Of a stretch of 64,000 nucleotides of DNA, positions 42,168 through 53,168 are shown piece by piece. The position numbers and the translations under genes are program-made. A model generated the notes under the pieces. That model was given only the letters and a program-made list of their open reading frames with translations, searched no databases and was not told the origin of the DNA. Source of the DNA: Eledone cirrhosa (Eukaryota); NCBI GenBank assembly GCA_964016885.1, contig OZ024741.1:214210001-214274000 (forward strand). Reading direction: 5' to 3'. The stretch's first letter is position 1, and the number at the start of each line of letters is the position of its first letter.

Positions 42168-45100
42168 CTACAGAACAATGTAGAGAGAAGGCCCATTTAC
42201 ACGGGCCATTCTCGCTTCTTTCACCCACCTTTCATAAAACTGTCTGGGACCAAGCACTTCTCTCTCCATCCTGATTCTTCTTCCGAAGTGGTATCGGAAG
42301 AAGTAAACCAGGTGATGGCCGGAGAGAAAGTCACCCGACCTCAGACCTTTCAGGCGCGTCCACCACACAACCTCTTTCATCATGGCTATTACGCACAGAA
42401 AGACCGCCTCTGCTTCATTTCTGAAGGGAGGAGGCGGCTTGATGTTCACCACAGACTCGGCGGTTAATCGAATCGGCGCCACACGCGACAGCAGTCGTTC
42501 GACGTAGCCCCACAGATCGGCAACGCCCGGGCAGTGTACCAGTGCATGCGCAACGGTTTCCTCGTCGCGCACGCATCTGGGACAGATCTTTTTCGCGGGA
42601 TCCCTGCCCGGGCGCCCGTGTCTGTAGAGCTTTTCTCGAACGGGCAGAGCCCCCCGGTAACACTGCCAGGCTAGGGACCTCTGGAAGTTGTCCATGGGTC
42701 CCGGGCCGAAAGTTCTACCGAACAGGCTGGCCAGTTCGTCCTCCTCCATGCCTAGCGACTCTCCAAGGGTGTCGTCGCCCCTGCTAGCCACCAACCCTCT
42801 ATAGAATGTCGAGGTGGATTCTCCACTGACAGTCGGGTCCGCTTGCCAGATAGCCGTGAGCGCCTGGGCACACTCAGTGTGCCAGTTGCCCAGTTTTCTC
42901 GGTCTTTGCTTCACCCAGGATTGCAGTTCGGTGAGCGAGACGAGCTGTGGGAAGGCTCGCCTCACAAACGGGGCCCACACCGGCTGACCGTTGAGGAATA
43001 CCTGTAGATGCCGTAGCCTCAATGCGTGCCTACGCATCAACAGCCACGGCATACCCAGCCCTCCTTTCGAAGGGTGCTGGCAGCAGATGGATCTCCTCAC
43101 CATGGGAGGCCGCTTCTTCCAGAGGAACTGGAAGAGCATGCGTTCCATGATGGTGAGCTTTTCCTTGGGGCAAGGCACGACGGTCAGGCGGTAGTAGATG
43201 ACGGACGCTATGTAAGCGTTCGTCACCTCCGCCGGACCTTTCAGTGATAGTTTGCACTTGGCCCACTTCTGGGTCAGCGCAAACACCCTGCTCGTCACCT
43301 CGCCCCAATTCTTCTCCTCCTGGAGGTCCGGTCCGAACCAGACCCCGAGCAGCTTCACCGGGCCCTCCGTCCACCGCCCGACGACACCGTCTAACGGCAT
43401 CGGTTTGCCCCTCCACGTTCCGAGTTGCAAACCGACTGACTTGTCCTGGTTCAGCTTAGCCCCCGTCAGCCTTTCGTATTCCTCCAGTAGGGTGGCGATC
43501 GCCCCGATTTCCGAGGCGTCCGCCACCATTACTGTTACGTCGTCGGCATAGGCCGAGACCGCTTTGTGCAATCCCGGTTCCAGGGGTATGCCCCGCAGCA
43601 ACTCCAACTTCCGCAGCAGTGGCTCGAGAGTCAATACGTACAGAAGGGAGGAGAGGGGGCACCCCTGTCTGATGGATCGGGTGATTTGAAACGGCTCCGA
43701 GAGGTAGCCGTTTACTTTAATCCTAGAGTAGATGTTGCCACTGTGCATGGCAGAAATCCAGCCCCTGAAAACGGGTCCGAAGCCCGCCGCCGCTAGCACC
43801 GCATCCAGGTAACCATGGTCGACCCTATCGAACGCCTTAGATTGATCCAAGTTGATCAGGGCCCCACCAAAGCCGGGTTCGTAGCCAACCCTCTCTATGA
43901 TGTATCGCATGAGGTGGAGGTTGTCGTGAATGGACCTGGACGGGATAGCGCATGTCTGCGCGTCTCCCACCAAACCACCCACCACAAGCGCCAACCTCTT
44001 CGCCAACACCTTGGCCAAAATCTGTAACTCTGCATTCAGCAGAGTTATGGGCCTAAAGTTACTTAAGTCGTCCCCCTTGCTCTCGTCCTTCCTCACTAGC
44101 GTGACCACGCCCTTGGTCACAGAACAGGGAATTCTCCCGTTCTGTTGCCAGTTGCAATAGACAGCCTCGAGGAGTTCGGAGAACAAGACCGGCATAGCTA
44201 AATAAAGTTCGTATGGTAGACCATCGAGACCCGGGGATTTGCGTCTGCTGCATTGGCTGAGCGCTTCCCCGATTTCAGTGGCTGTGATTGGCCCTTCGCA
44301 GCACTCCGCTTCGCCGCTCGAAAGACGCGGTAGACCGTCGAGGTATGGACCGAAGTCCACATCCCCGTCCGGCCCCCCGCCACCTCCGAACAGTCGAGCA
44401 AAGTGCCTTTGAAAGATCTCGCACATTCGCTCAGGTTCAAGGATCACCCGTCCATCCTGGTCTCGCAAAGACCGAATGGTGGATTTAATCCCACTCTTGG
44501 CTTCTGTCACGCGGGCCCAGCTAACAGCTTTGGTCCCCTCGTTTCCTAAAGCACGTATTTTACTTCGGACAACGCAGCCTTCGTGCTTCGCGTCAAAGAA
44601 CTGGCTCAATGCCGTTCTCGTCGCTAACACTCTGGCTACGTCTCCGCTCCTAATCGCCTCTTCTAGTTTATCTGTTAACTCCCTTTCCCTCCTATTTCTA
44701 TTCGCCGCTAGTTCCTTACTGTAACCTATCGAACTTACTCTAATCTCTCTCTTTAGAGATATCCACCACCTACTGTTGACGATCGCTCCCGTCAACCGCA
44801 TCTTAACTAAGCTACTAATCCGGTTTCTGTAATATTTCTTTGTCGGTAAGGACAAGTTCATCTTCCAGTAACCGGGACCCTGTCTATGCGTTCTATCAAG
44901 GTTGACCACGCAGGTCACTAATTTGTGATCTGAATAGCCAACCATGATCAGTTCTGGACAACTAAATACGTCCCTATCCTTACTCCTAACCAAAAACCTA
45001 TCTAGGTACGATCTAGATTGTCCACTGCGGTTTGCCCAGGTCCAGGTTGGCGCAGTTGGACAATCTAGTCGAAATCTATCGACCAGGTCGAATCGATCGA

Positions 45101-45596
45101 GTAACCCCTTGAGGCTGCTACACCCCCCTCTATCGGGACATGCCCCTGCATAGTCCCAACGCGCATCTAGGATTCCATTCCAGTCCCCCACTAAAAGCAG
45201 GGAACGCGACGTTCCTAGAAAAGTCTCCAGACGTTGGAAGAAGTCGGCTCTCTCCGCCCCGAAGGGAGCATAAAGACCGACCAGTCTGAAAGCCCCGCCT
45301 TCACCACCTCCGACGTCCAGCACCAGTAATCGACCCCCCGGGTCCGAGTGAACAATCTGTACGTCGAGAGTCAGACGTTTATCCAGCAGTACGGCAACTC
45401 CCCCCCCGCCTCCGGGTTGACAGAGAGATGCGTGCATCTCAAAGTCATCGAAGGCGGGCGCCAGCTGTCTCACGCTGCTGATCCGACTCTCGCAAACAAC
45501 CATCACATCTATACTTTGTGACCTGAGGTCACTTAGAAGCTTTGCTTGCTTCCAAGCTGAGCTCAGGCCACGCGCGTTCAAACAGCCAACTCTCAA
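42168..45596 (-). CDS. ORF2: APE endonuclease + reverse transcriptase + C-terminal Cys/His (zf-RVT-like) domain
   Basis: LNARGL, VCES, GDWN, SYLDRF, SDH (EN); KSPGLDG, FRPITLLN, DQSKAFDRVDH, IRQGCPLS, YADD, KLLGV (RT); CPRC..ET..HALVHC. The annotated start is TTG, not ATG. Confidence 0.95.
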   Translation of the reverse strand: MRVGCLNARGLSSAWKQAKLLSDLRSQSIDVMVVCESRISSVRQLAPAFDDFEMHASLCQPGGGGGVAVLLDKRLTLDVQIVHSDPGGRLLVLDVGGGEGGAFRLVGLYAPFGAERADFFQRLETFLGTSRSLLLVGDWNGILDARWDYAGACPDRGGCSSLKGLLDRFDLVDRFRLDCPTAPTWTWANRSGQSRSYLDRFLVRSKDRDVFSCPELIMVGYSDHKLVTCVVNLDRTHRQGPGYWKMNLSLPTKKYYRNRISSLVKMRLTGAIVNSRWWISLKREIRVSSIGYSKELAANRNRRERELTDKLEEAIRSGDVARVLATRTALSQFFDAKHEGCVVRSKIRALGNEGTKAVSWARVTEAKSGIKSTIRSLRDQDGRVILEPERMCEIFQRHFARLFGGGGGPDGDVDFGPYLDGLPRLSSGEAECCEGPITATEIGEALSQCSRRKSPGLDGLPYELYLAMPVLFSELLEAVYCNWQQNGRIPCSVTKGVVTLVRKDESKGDDLSNFRPITLLNAELQILAKVLAKRLALVVGGLVGDAQTCAIPSRSIHDNLHLMRYIIERVGYEPGFGGALINLDQSKAFDRVDHGYLDAVLAAAGFGPVFRGWISAMHSGNIYSRIKVNGYLSEPFQITRSIRQGCPLSSLLYVLTLEPLLRKLELLRGIPLEPGLHKAVSAYADDVTVMVADASEIGAIATLLEEYERLTGAKLNQDKSVGLQLGTWRGKPMPLDGVVGRWTEGPVKLLGVWFGPDLQEEKNWGEVTSRVFALTQKWAKCKLSLKGPAEVTNAYIASVIYYRLTVVPCPKEKLTIMERMLFQFLWKKRPPMVRRSICCQHPSKGGLGMPWLLMRRHALRLRHLQVFLNGQPVWAPFVRRAFPQLVSLTELQSWVKQRPRKLGNWHTECAQALTAIWQADPTVSGESTSTFYRGLVASRGDDTLGESLGMEEDELASLFGRTFGPGPMDNFQRSLAWQCYRGALPVREKLYRHGRPGRDPAKKICPRCVRDEETVAHALVHCPGVADLWGYVERLLSRVAPIRLTAESVVNIKPPPPFRNEAEAVFLCVIAMMKEVVWWTRLKGLRSGDFLSGHHLVYFFRYHFGRRIRMEREVLGPRQFYERWVKEARMARVNGPSLYIVL

Positions 45597-45601
45597 TTGA
45601 T

Positions 45602-47437
45602 CTATTTTGGTGTTGAAAGTGAAGAAAGAAAAGCACTTACCTCTCCGGGTTGCGTAATTTCCATGGCATCAGGTGTGTTGGGTGGAGGGATGTTTTGTGG
45701 TGGTGTGGGGGTACACGTGTGTGGTGGGGTTGGGGTATTTGGAGTTGTGTCAGGGAGAGGGGCGGTTATGGGGAAATCTTTCAAGAGGACGCGATTCAAC
45801 GGTTTTAAACAGGGGGGGCTCACGTCCCGTCTAAATTGTTCTTTTAAGGAACGATAAAGGTCCAGAGGGACCTTTATCATTTTTAAATGGGTGAAGTTCT
45901 CTGTTGAGATAAAGTTTGGCCCTTCGGTCTGCACCATAGGGTTATTGTTTATTAATTTAACCAGTTTTTTGTTTTCTTTATTTATATATGTGTATTGCAA
46001 CGTCTTTTTTTGTGATGCTGTCAATGTTTCGGAGAGGGGAGGCGCAGATTTATTTTTGTTTGTTGAGGGTGGGGTGTTTTTGATTGGAGTTGGTGTTTGT
46101 GTGTGGGTTATTTGTGGTGTGCTGGGTGTGTGTTTTCTTTTTTTTCTTTTAACTTGTCTGAAGGCTTCTCCTCCTTCTTCTTCAGAAGTTGGGGGAAACT
46201 CTTCAGCGCTAGGTGGGAGGGACGTGTTGTGTGGTTGTTTTTTTTTTGCGGGAGGGGTAGATTTGTTACTGTTTTTTTTATTATTTGTTTGGAATGGGTT
46301 TTGTGGTGGTGGTGGTGGTAATGTTTGTGTCGTGCTTGTGGTTGGTAATGGTGGTGGTGATGTTTGTGTTGTGGTTGGTGGTGGTGATTTTTGTGTCGTG
46401 CTTGTGTTTGGTGCTGGTGGTGGTGATGTTTGTGTTGTGTTTGTGGTTGGTGGTGTCTGTATTTTGTTTGCTGTGTGTGGTATTAGTGTATTTTTGGAGG
46501 TGGGTGGTGCTGGTGTACTGTTTGTGGTGGGTGTGGGCAATAGTCCTTTTTGGGGGATACGTTTCGGGCAGTTAGCCTTAACGTGTCCCCTTTCCATGCA
46601 TAAATAGCATGCTGGTCTTCTCCCCTCTACAATTATGTCTATTGGGGTAAGGTCATCCAGCCAGATGCGATCCGGGATTTGTGCTATTCTTTCGGGCCTC
46701 ATTTGGACTAGTATGTCGAGGCCCATTCCCAGGAACGCATCTCCAGTTGCCTTCCCCATTGACAGCATAGTGTCTTCGCCCATATCAATGAAGCCAGCAA
46801 TAGCCCACCAGAAGTCCATTGTGGGCAGCATTGTTTTTACTTTTATTCTCTGTGTTCTTCTACCCATGTAGGAGGGATAGAAGCTATATGTTGTCGACGA
46901 GAGTGGGCTTAGGGAAAGCTGAACCGCCGTTTCTTTGTCTCTTGTTAGGACCGAAATGCTGCCATAGAGTCGGTCCTTTCGTATGAAGAGAATATTCTTC
47001 ATATAGTCTTTTAGGACTAACTCTATTTCCATTTGGCTGGGCTGTGCTGGCTTTCTTGACTGGTTTAGTATAGTTCTGTATATAACTGTGTTTTCTGCTC
47101 TGGCTTTCTTGAATTCTGGGGGGGAGTTAATGGAAAACATTCCGTTCTCCCCCAAAACAATATGTTTCTTTGCTTCGGCCAGTTTTTCTCTGGCGGCAGT
47201 TAGGTCAATTGGTGTGTATGTAATGGATTGCTTTGTTTTCTGGGCGAAAGTTGCCCTGTCGTTATTTGTATTATTTTCTGTTTGTTTGTTTTCTGTTTGC
47301 TCATTTTCCTTAACATTTGTTTTTTCATTTTGTTTGTTTGTTTCAATGTCTAATTTTGTTGTAATTATTTTTTGTTCTTCAGACTTGGGGGGCGTGGCAG
47401 AGCTAATGGCAGACATGTCTGCCATCTTTTCCGCCAT
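45602..47437 (-). CDS. ORF1: nucleic-acid-binding protein with CCHC zinc knuckle and P/T-rich linker
   Basis: CYLCMERGHVKANC knuckle and KRKKRK basic patch; first ATG at 47437 (the ORF track starts at upstream TTG 47464). Confidence 0.85.
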   Translation of the reverse strand: MAEKMADMSAISSATPPKSEEQKIITTKLDIETNKQNEKTNVKENEQTENKQTENNTNNDRATFAQKTKQSITYTPIDLTAAREKLAEAKKHIVLGENGMFSINSPPEFKKARAENTVIYRTILNQSRKPAQPSQMEIELVLKDYMKNILFIRKDRLYGSISVLTRDKETAVQLSLSPLSSTTYSFYPSYMGRRTQRIKVKTMLPTMDFWWAIAGFIDMGEDTMLSMGKATGDAFLGMGLDILVQMRPERIAQIPDRIWLDDLTPIDIIVEGRRPACYLCMERGHVKANCPKRIPQKGLLPTPTTNSTPAPPTSKNTLIPHTANKIQTPPTTNTTQTSPPPAPNTSTTQKSPPPTTTQTSPPPLPTTSTTQTLPPPPPQNPFQTNNKKNSNKSTPPAKKKQPHNTSLPPSAEEFPPTSEEEGGEAFRQVKRKKRKHTPSTPQITHTQTPTPIKNTPPSTNKNKSAPPLSETLTASQKKTLQYTYINKENKKLVKLINNNPMVQTEGPNFISTENFTHLKMIKVPLDLYRSLKEQFRRDVSPPCLKPLNRVLLKDFPITAPLPDTTPNTPTPPHTCTPTPPQNIPPPNTPDAMEITQPGEVSAFLSSLSTPK

Positions 47438-47899
47438 GCTGCCAAGAAAGAAATTTTTCGGCAAAAATAGATATTTATTTTACCCCCTAAAAAGGGGGTA
47501 AATGCAAAAATGTTTCCCTAAATAACAGGGGTTAGTGTTCCAAATGTGTTGCACTAAAAAATTTATCCGGTACTTACAATAGTAAGGGTAAATCCCGATG
47601 GAATAGCGGAGCCGATGCGAAGCGTGTCTTACTCTATCAAGATAGATAGATAGATAGATAGATAGATAAATTTCTATTTATTTGCCACGAGGGTACAAAA
47701 GAAAGGGACATTTACACAGTGGGGGAGTTTACATAAATCGAGTAAAGAAAAAGGAATAACAATAATAATATAACAATAAAAAGTCCTCAAAAGGGAGGGG
47801 GCGTGTTGGGGATTGCACATACCCCCGAAAAGTGTGCAACTCTTTTCGCGGGGGAAGCCCAGAGAGGAGGCGCTCCCCCTTTCCTCTTCACTTCTTCAC

Positions 47900-50800
47900 C
47901 TACAGAACAATGTAGAGAGAAGGCCCATTTACACGGGCCATTCTCGCTTCTTTCACCCACCTTTCATAAAACTGTCTGGGACCAAGCACTTCTCTCTCCA
48001 TCCTGATTCTTCTTCCGAAGTGGTATCGGAAGAAGTAAACCAGGTGATGGCCGGAGAGAAAGTCACCCGACCTCAGACCTTTCAGGCGCGTCCACCACAC
48101 AACCTCTTTCATCATGGCTATTACGCACAGAAAGACCGCCTCTGCTTCATTTCTGAAGGGAGGGGGCGGCTTGAAGTTCACCACAGACTCGGCGGTTAAT
48201 CGAATCGGCGCCACACGCGACAGCAGTCGTTCGACGTAGCCCCACAGATCGGCAACGCCCGGGCAGTGTACCAGTGCATGCGCAACGGTTTCCTCGTCGC
48301 GCACGCATCTGGGACAGATCTTTTTCGCGGGATCCCTGCCCGGGCGCCCGTGTCTGTAGAGCTTTTCTCGAACGGGCAGAGCCCCCCGGTAACACTGCCA
48401 GGCTAGGGACCTCTGGAAGTTGTCCATGGGTCCCGGGCCGAAAGTTCTACCGAACAGGCTGGCCAGTTCGTCCTCCTCCATGCCTAGCGACTCTCCAAGG
48501 GTGTCGTCGCCCCTGCTAGCCACCAACCCTCTATAGAATGTCGAGGTGGATTCTCCACTGACAGTCGGGTCCGCTTGCCAGATAGCCGTGAGCGCCTGGG
48601 CACATTCAGTGTGCCAGTTGCCCAGTTTTCTCGGACTTTGCTTCACCCAGGATTGCAGTTCGGTGAGCGAGACGAGCTGTGGGAAGGCTCGCCTCACAAA
48701 CGGGGCCCACACCGGCTGACCGTTGAGGAATACCTGTAGATGCCGTAGCCTCAATGCGTGCCTACGCATCAACAGCCACGGCATACCCAGCCCTCCTTTC
48801 GAAGGGTGCTGGCAGCAGATGGATCTCCTCACCATGGGAGGCCGCTTCTTCCAGAGGAACTGGAAGAGCATGCGTTCCATGATGGTGAGCTTTTCCTTGG
48901 GGCAAGGCACGACGGTCAGGCGGTAGTAGATGACGGACGCTATGTAAGCGTTCGTCACCTCCGCCCGACCTTTCAGTGATAGTTTGCACTTGGCCCACTT
49001 CTGGGTCAGCGCAAACACCCTGCTCGTCACCTCGCCCCAATTCTTCTCCACCTGGAGGTCCGGTCCGAACCAGACCCCGAGCAGCTTCACCGGGCCCTCC
49101 GTCCACCGCCCGACGACACCGTCTAACGGCATCGGTTTGCCCCTCCACGTTCCGAGTTGCAAACCGACTGACTTGTCCTGGTTCAGCTTAGCCCCGTCAG
49201 CCTTTCGTATTCCTCCAGTAGGGTGGCGATCGCCCCGATTTCCGAGGCGTCCGCCACCATTACTGTTACGTCGTCGGCATAGGCCGAGACCGCTTTGTGC
49301 AATCCCGGTTCCAGGGGTATGCCCCGCAGCAACTCCAACTTCCGCAGCAGTGGCTCGCGAGTCAATACGTACAGAAGGGAGGAGAGGGGGCACCCCTGTC
49401 TGATGGATCGGATGATTTGAAACGGCTCCGAGAGGTAGCCGTTTACTTTAATCCTAGAGTAGATGTTGCCACTGTGCATGGCAGAAATCCAGCCCCTGAA
49501 AACGGGTCCGAAGCCCGCCGCCGCTAGCACCGCATCCAGGTAACCATGGTCGACCCTATCGAACGCCTTAGATTGATCCAAGTTGATCAGGGCCCCACCA
49601 AAGCCGGGTTCGTAGCCAACCCTCTCTATGATGTATCGCATGAGGTGGAGGTTGTCGTGAATGGACCTGGACGGGATAGCGCATGTCTGCGCGTCTCCCA
49701 CCAAACCACCCACCACAAGCGCCAACCTCTTCGCCAACACCTTGGCCAAAATCTGTAACTCTGCATTCAGCAGAGTTATGGGCCTAAAGTTACTTAAGTC
49801 GTCCCCCTTGCTCTCGTCCTTCCTCACTAGCGTGACCACGCCCTTGGTCACAGAACAGGGAATTCTCCCGTTCTGTTGCCAGTTGCAATAGACAGCCTCG
49901 AGGAGTTCGGAGAACAAGACCGGCATAGCTAAATAAAGTTCGTATGGTAGACCATCGAGACCCTGGGATTTGCGTCTGCTGCATTGGCTGAGCGCTTCCC
50001 CGATTTCAGTGGCTGTGATTGGCCTTTCGCAGCACTCCGCTTCGCCGCTCGAAAGACGCGGTAGACCGTCGAGGTATGGACCGAAGTCCACATCCCCGTC
50101 CGGCCCCCCGCCACCTCCGAACAGTCGAGCAAAGTGCCTTTGAAAGGTCTCGCACATTCGCTCAGGTTCAAGGATCACCCGTCCATCCTGGTCTCGCAAA
50201 GACCGAATGGTGGATTTAATCCCACTCTTGGCTTCTGTCACGCGGGCCCAGCTAACAGCTTTGGTCCCCTCGTTTCCTAAAGCACGTATTTTACTTCGGA
50301 CAACGCAGCCTTCGTGCTTCGCGTCAAAGAACTGGCTCAATGCCGTTCTCGTCGCTAACACTCTGGCTACGTCTCCGCTCCTAATCGCCTCTTCTAGTTT
50401 ATCTGTTAACTCCCTTTCCCTCCTATTTCTATTCGCCGCTAGTTCCTTACTGTAACCTATCGAACTTACTCTAATCTCTCTCTTTAGAGATATCCACCAC
50501 CTACTGTTGACGATCGCTCCCGTCAACCGCATCTTAACTAAGCTACTAATCCGGTTTCTGTAATCTTTCTTTGTCGGTAAGGACAAGTTCATCTTCCAGT
50601 AACCGGGACCCTGTCTATGCGTTCTATCAAGGTTGACCACGCAGGTCACTAATTTGTGATCTGAATAGCCAACCATGATCAGTTCTGGACAACTAAATAC
50701 GTCCCTATCCTTACTCCTAACCAAAAACCTATCTAGGTACGATCTAGATTGTCCACTGCGGTTTGCCCAGGTCCAGGTTGGCGCAGTTGGACAATCTAGT

Positions 50801-51330
50801 CGAAATCTATCGACCAGGTCGAATCGATCGAGTAACCCCTTGAGGCTGCTACACCCCCCTCTATCGGGACATACCCCTGCATAGTCCCAACGCGCATCTA
50901 GGATTCCATTCCAGTCCCCCACTAAAAGCAGGGAACGCGACGTTCCTAGAAAAGTCTCCAGACGTTGGAAGAAGTCGGCTCTTTCCGCCCCGAAGGGAGC
51001 ATAAAGACCGACCAGTCTGAAAGCCCCGCCTTCACCGCCTCCGACGTCCAGCACCAGTAATCGACCCCCCGGGTCCGAGTGAACAATCTGTACGTCGAGA
51101 GTCAGACGTTTATCCAGCAGTACGGCAACTCCCCCCCCCCCGCCTCCGGGTTGACAGAGAGATGCGTGCATCTCAAAGTCATCGAAGGCGGGCGCCAGCT
51201 GTCTCACGCTGCTGATCCGACTCTCGCAAACAACCATCACATCTATACTTTGTGACCTGAGGTCACTTAGAAGCTTTGCTTGCTTCCAAGCTGAGCCCAG
51301 GCCACGCGCGTTCAAACAGCCAACTCTCAA
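47900..51330 (-). pseudogene. ORF2 of copy 2, split by a 1-bp deletion in a C homopolymer at ~49192-49195
   Basis: gcccccg in copy 1 vs gccccg in copy 2; ORFs 49183-51330 and 47900-49393 join to give the copy-1 protein. Confidence 0.85.
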
Positions 51331-51335
51331 TTGAT

Positions 51336-53168
51336 CTATTTTGGTGTTGAAAGTGAAGAAAGAAAAGCACTTACCTCTCCGGGTTGCGTAATTTCCATGG
51401 CATCAGGTGTGTTGGGTGGAGGGATGTTTTGTGGTGGTGTGGGGGTACACGTGTGTGGTGGGGTTGGGGTATTTGGAGTTGTGTCAGGGAGAGGGGCGGT
51501 TATGGGGAAATATTTCAAGAGGACGCGATTCAACGGTTTTAAACAGGGGGGGCTCACGTCCCGTCTAAATTGTTCTTTTAAGGAACGATAAAGGTCCAGA
51601 GGGACCTTTATCATTTTTAAATGGGTGAAGTTCTCTGTTGAGATAAAGTTTGGCCCTTCGGTCTGCACCATAGGGTTATTGTTTATTAATTTAACCAGTT
51701 TTTTGTTTTCTTTATTTATATATGTGTATTGCAACGTCTTTTTTTGTGATGCTGTCAATGTTTCGGAGAGGGGAGGCGCAGATTTATTTTTGTTTGTTGA
51801 GGGTGGGGTGTTTTTGATTGGAGTTGGTGTTTGTGTGTGGGTTATTTGTGGTGTGCTGGGTGTGTGTTTTCTTTTTTTTCTTTTAACTTGTCTGAAGGCT
51901 TCTCCTCCTTCTTCTTCAGAAGTTGGGGGAAACTCTTCAGCGCTAGGTGGGAGGGACGTGTTGTGTGGTTGTTGTTTTTTTGCGGGAGGGGTAGATTTGT
52001 TACTGTTTTTTTTATTATTTGTTTGGAATGGGTTTTGTGGTGGTGGTGGTAATGTTTGTGTCGTGCTTGTGGTTGGTGATGGTGGTGGTGATGTTTGTGT
52101 TGTGGTTGGTGGTGGTGATTTTTGTGTCGTGCTTGTGTTTGGTGCTGGTGGTGGTGATGTTTGTGTTGTGTTTGTGGTTGGTGGTGTCTGTATTTTGTTT
52201 GCTGTGTGTGGTATTAGTGTATTTTTGGAGGTGGGTGGTGTTGGTGTACTGTTTGTGGTGGGTGTGGGCAATAGTCCTTTTTGGGGGATACGTTTCGGGC
52301 AGTTAGCCTTAACGTGTCCCCTTTCCATGCATAAATAGCATGCTGGTCTTCTCCCCTCTACAATTATGTCTATTGGGGTAAGGTCATCCAGCCAGATGCG
52401 ATCCGGGATTTGTGCTATTCTTTCGGGCCTCATTTGGACTAGTATGTCGGGGCCCATTCCCAGGAACGCATCTCCAGTTGCCTTCCCCATTGACAGCATT
52501 GTGTCTTCGCCCATATCAATGAAGCCAGCAATAGCCCACCAGAAGTCCATTGTGGGCAGCATTGTTTTTACTTTTACTCTCTGTGTTCTTCTACCCATGT
52601 AGGAGGGATAGAAGCTATATGTTGTCGACGAGAGTGGGCTTAGGGAAAGCTTCTCCGCCGTTTCTTTGTCTCTTGTTAGGACCGAAATGCTGCCATAGAG
52701 TCGGTCCTTTCGTATGAAGAGAATATTCTTCATATAGTCTTTTAGGACTAACTCTATTTCCATTTGGCTGGGCTGTGCTGGCTTTCTTGTCTGGTTCAGT
52801 ATAGTTCTGTAGAGAACTGTGTTTTCTGCTCTGGCTTTCTTGAATTCTGGGGGGGAGTTAATGGAAAACATTCCGTTCTCCCCCAAAACAATGTGTTTCT
52901 TTGCTTCGGCCAGTTTTTCTCTGGCGGCAGTTAGGTCAATTGGTGTGTATGTAATGGATTGTTTTGTTTTCTGGGCGAAAGTTGCCCTGTCGTTATTTGT
53001 ATTATTTTCTGTTTGTTTGTTTTCTGTTTGCTCATTTTCCTTAACATTTGTTTTTTCATTTTGTTTGTTTGTTTCAATGTCTAATTTTGTTGTAATTATT
53101 TTTTGTTCTTCAGACTTGGGGGGCGTGGCAGAGCTAATGGCAGACATGTCTGCCATCTTTTCCGCCAT
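51336..53168 (-). CDS. ORF1 of copy 2 (CCHC zinc knuckle)
   Basis: Intact; near-identical to 45602-47437. Confidence 0.85.
   Translation of the reverse strand: MAEKMADMSAISSATPPKSEEQKIITTKLDIETNKQNEKTNVKENEQTENKQTENNTNNDRATFAQKTKQSITYTPIDLTAAREKLAEAKKHIVLGENGMFSINSPPEFKKARAENTVLYRTILNQTRKPAQPSQMEIELVLKDYMKNILFIRKDRLYGSISVLTRDKETAEKLSLSPLSSTTYSFYPSYMGRRTQRVKVKTMLPTMDFWWAIAGFIDMGEDTMLSMGKATGDAFLGMGPDILVQMRPERIAQIPDRIWLDDLTPIDIIVEGRRPACYLCMERGHVKANCPKRIPQKGLLPTPTTNSTPTPPTSKNTLIPHTANKIQTPPTTNTTQTSPPPAPNTSTTQKSPPPTTTQTSPPPSPTTSTTQTLPPPPQNPFQTNNKKNSNKSTPPAKKQQPHNTSLPPSAEEFPPTSEEEGGEAFRQVKRKKRKHTPSTPQITHTQTPTPIKNTPPSTNKNKSAPPLSETLTASQKKTLQYTYINKENKKLVKLINNNPMVQTEGPNFISTENFTHLKMIKVPLDLYRSLKEQFRRDVSPPCLKPLNRVLLKYFPITAPLPDTTPNTPTPPHTCTPTPPQNIPPPNTPDAMEITQPGEVSAFLSSLSTPK

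Larger units (their letters stand above)
41936..47640 (-). mobile_element. Full-length L1/Tx1-clade non-LTR retrotransposon, copy 1 (intact)
   Basis: 5'UTR, ORF1, ORF2 and 3'UTR ending ...gtggcAAATAAAtagaaattt directly into (ATCT)n; both ends in GATA repeats. Confidence 0.95.

Noticed and set aside
45602-45640. 39-nt mini-intron (GTAAGT...AATAG) fusing ORF1 to ORF2
   Set aside because: Removal keeps the ORF1 frame and hits TGA two codons later, so no fusion results; also very short
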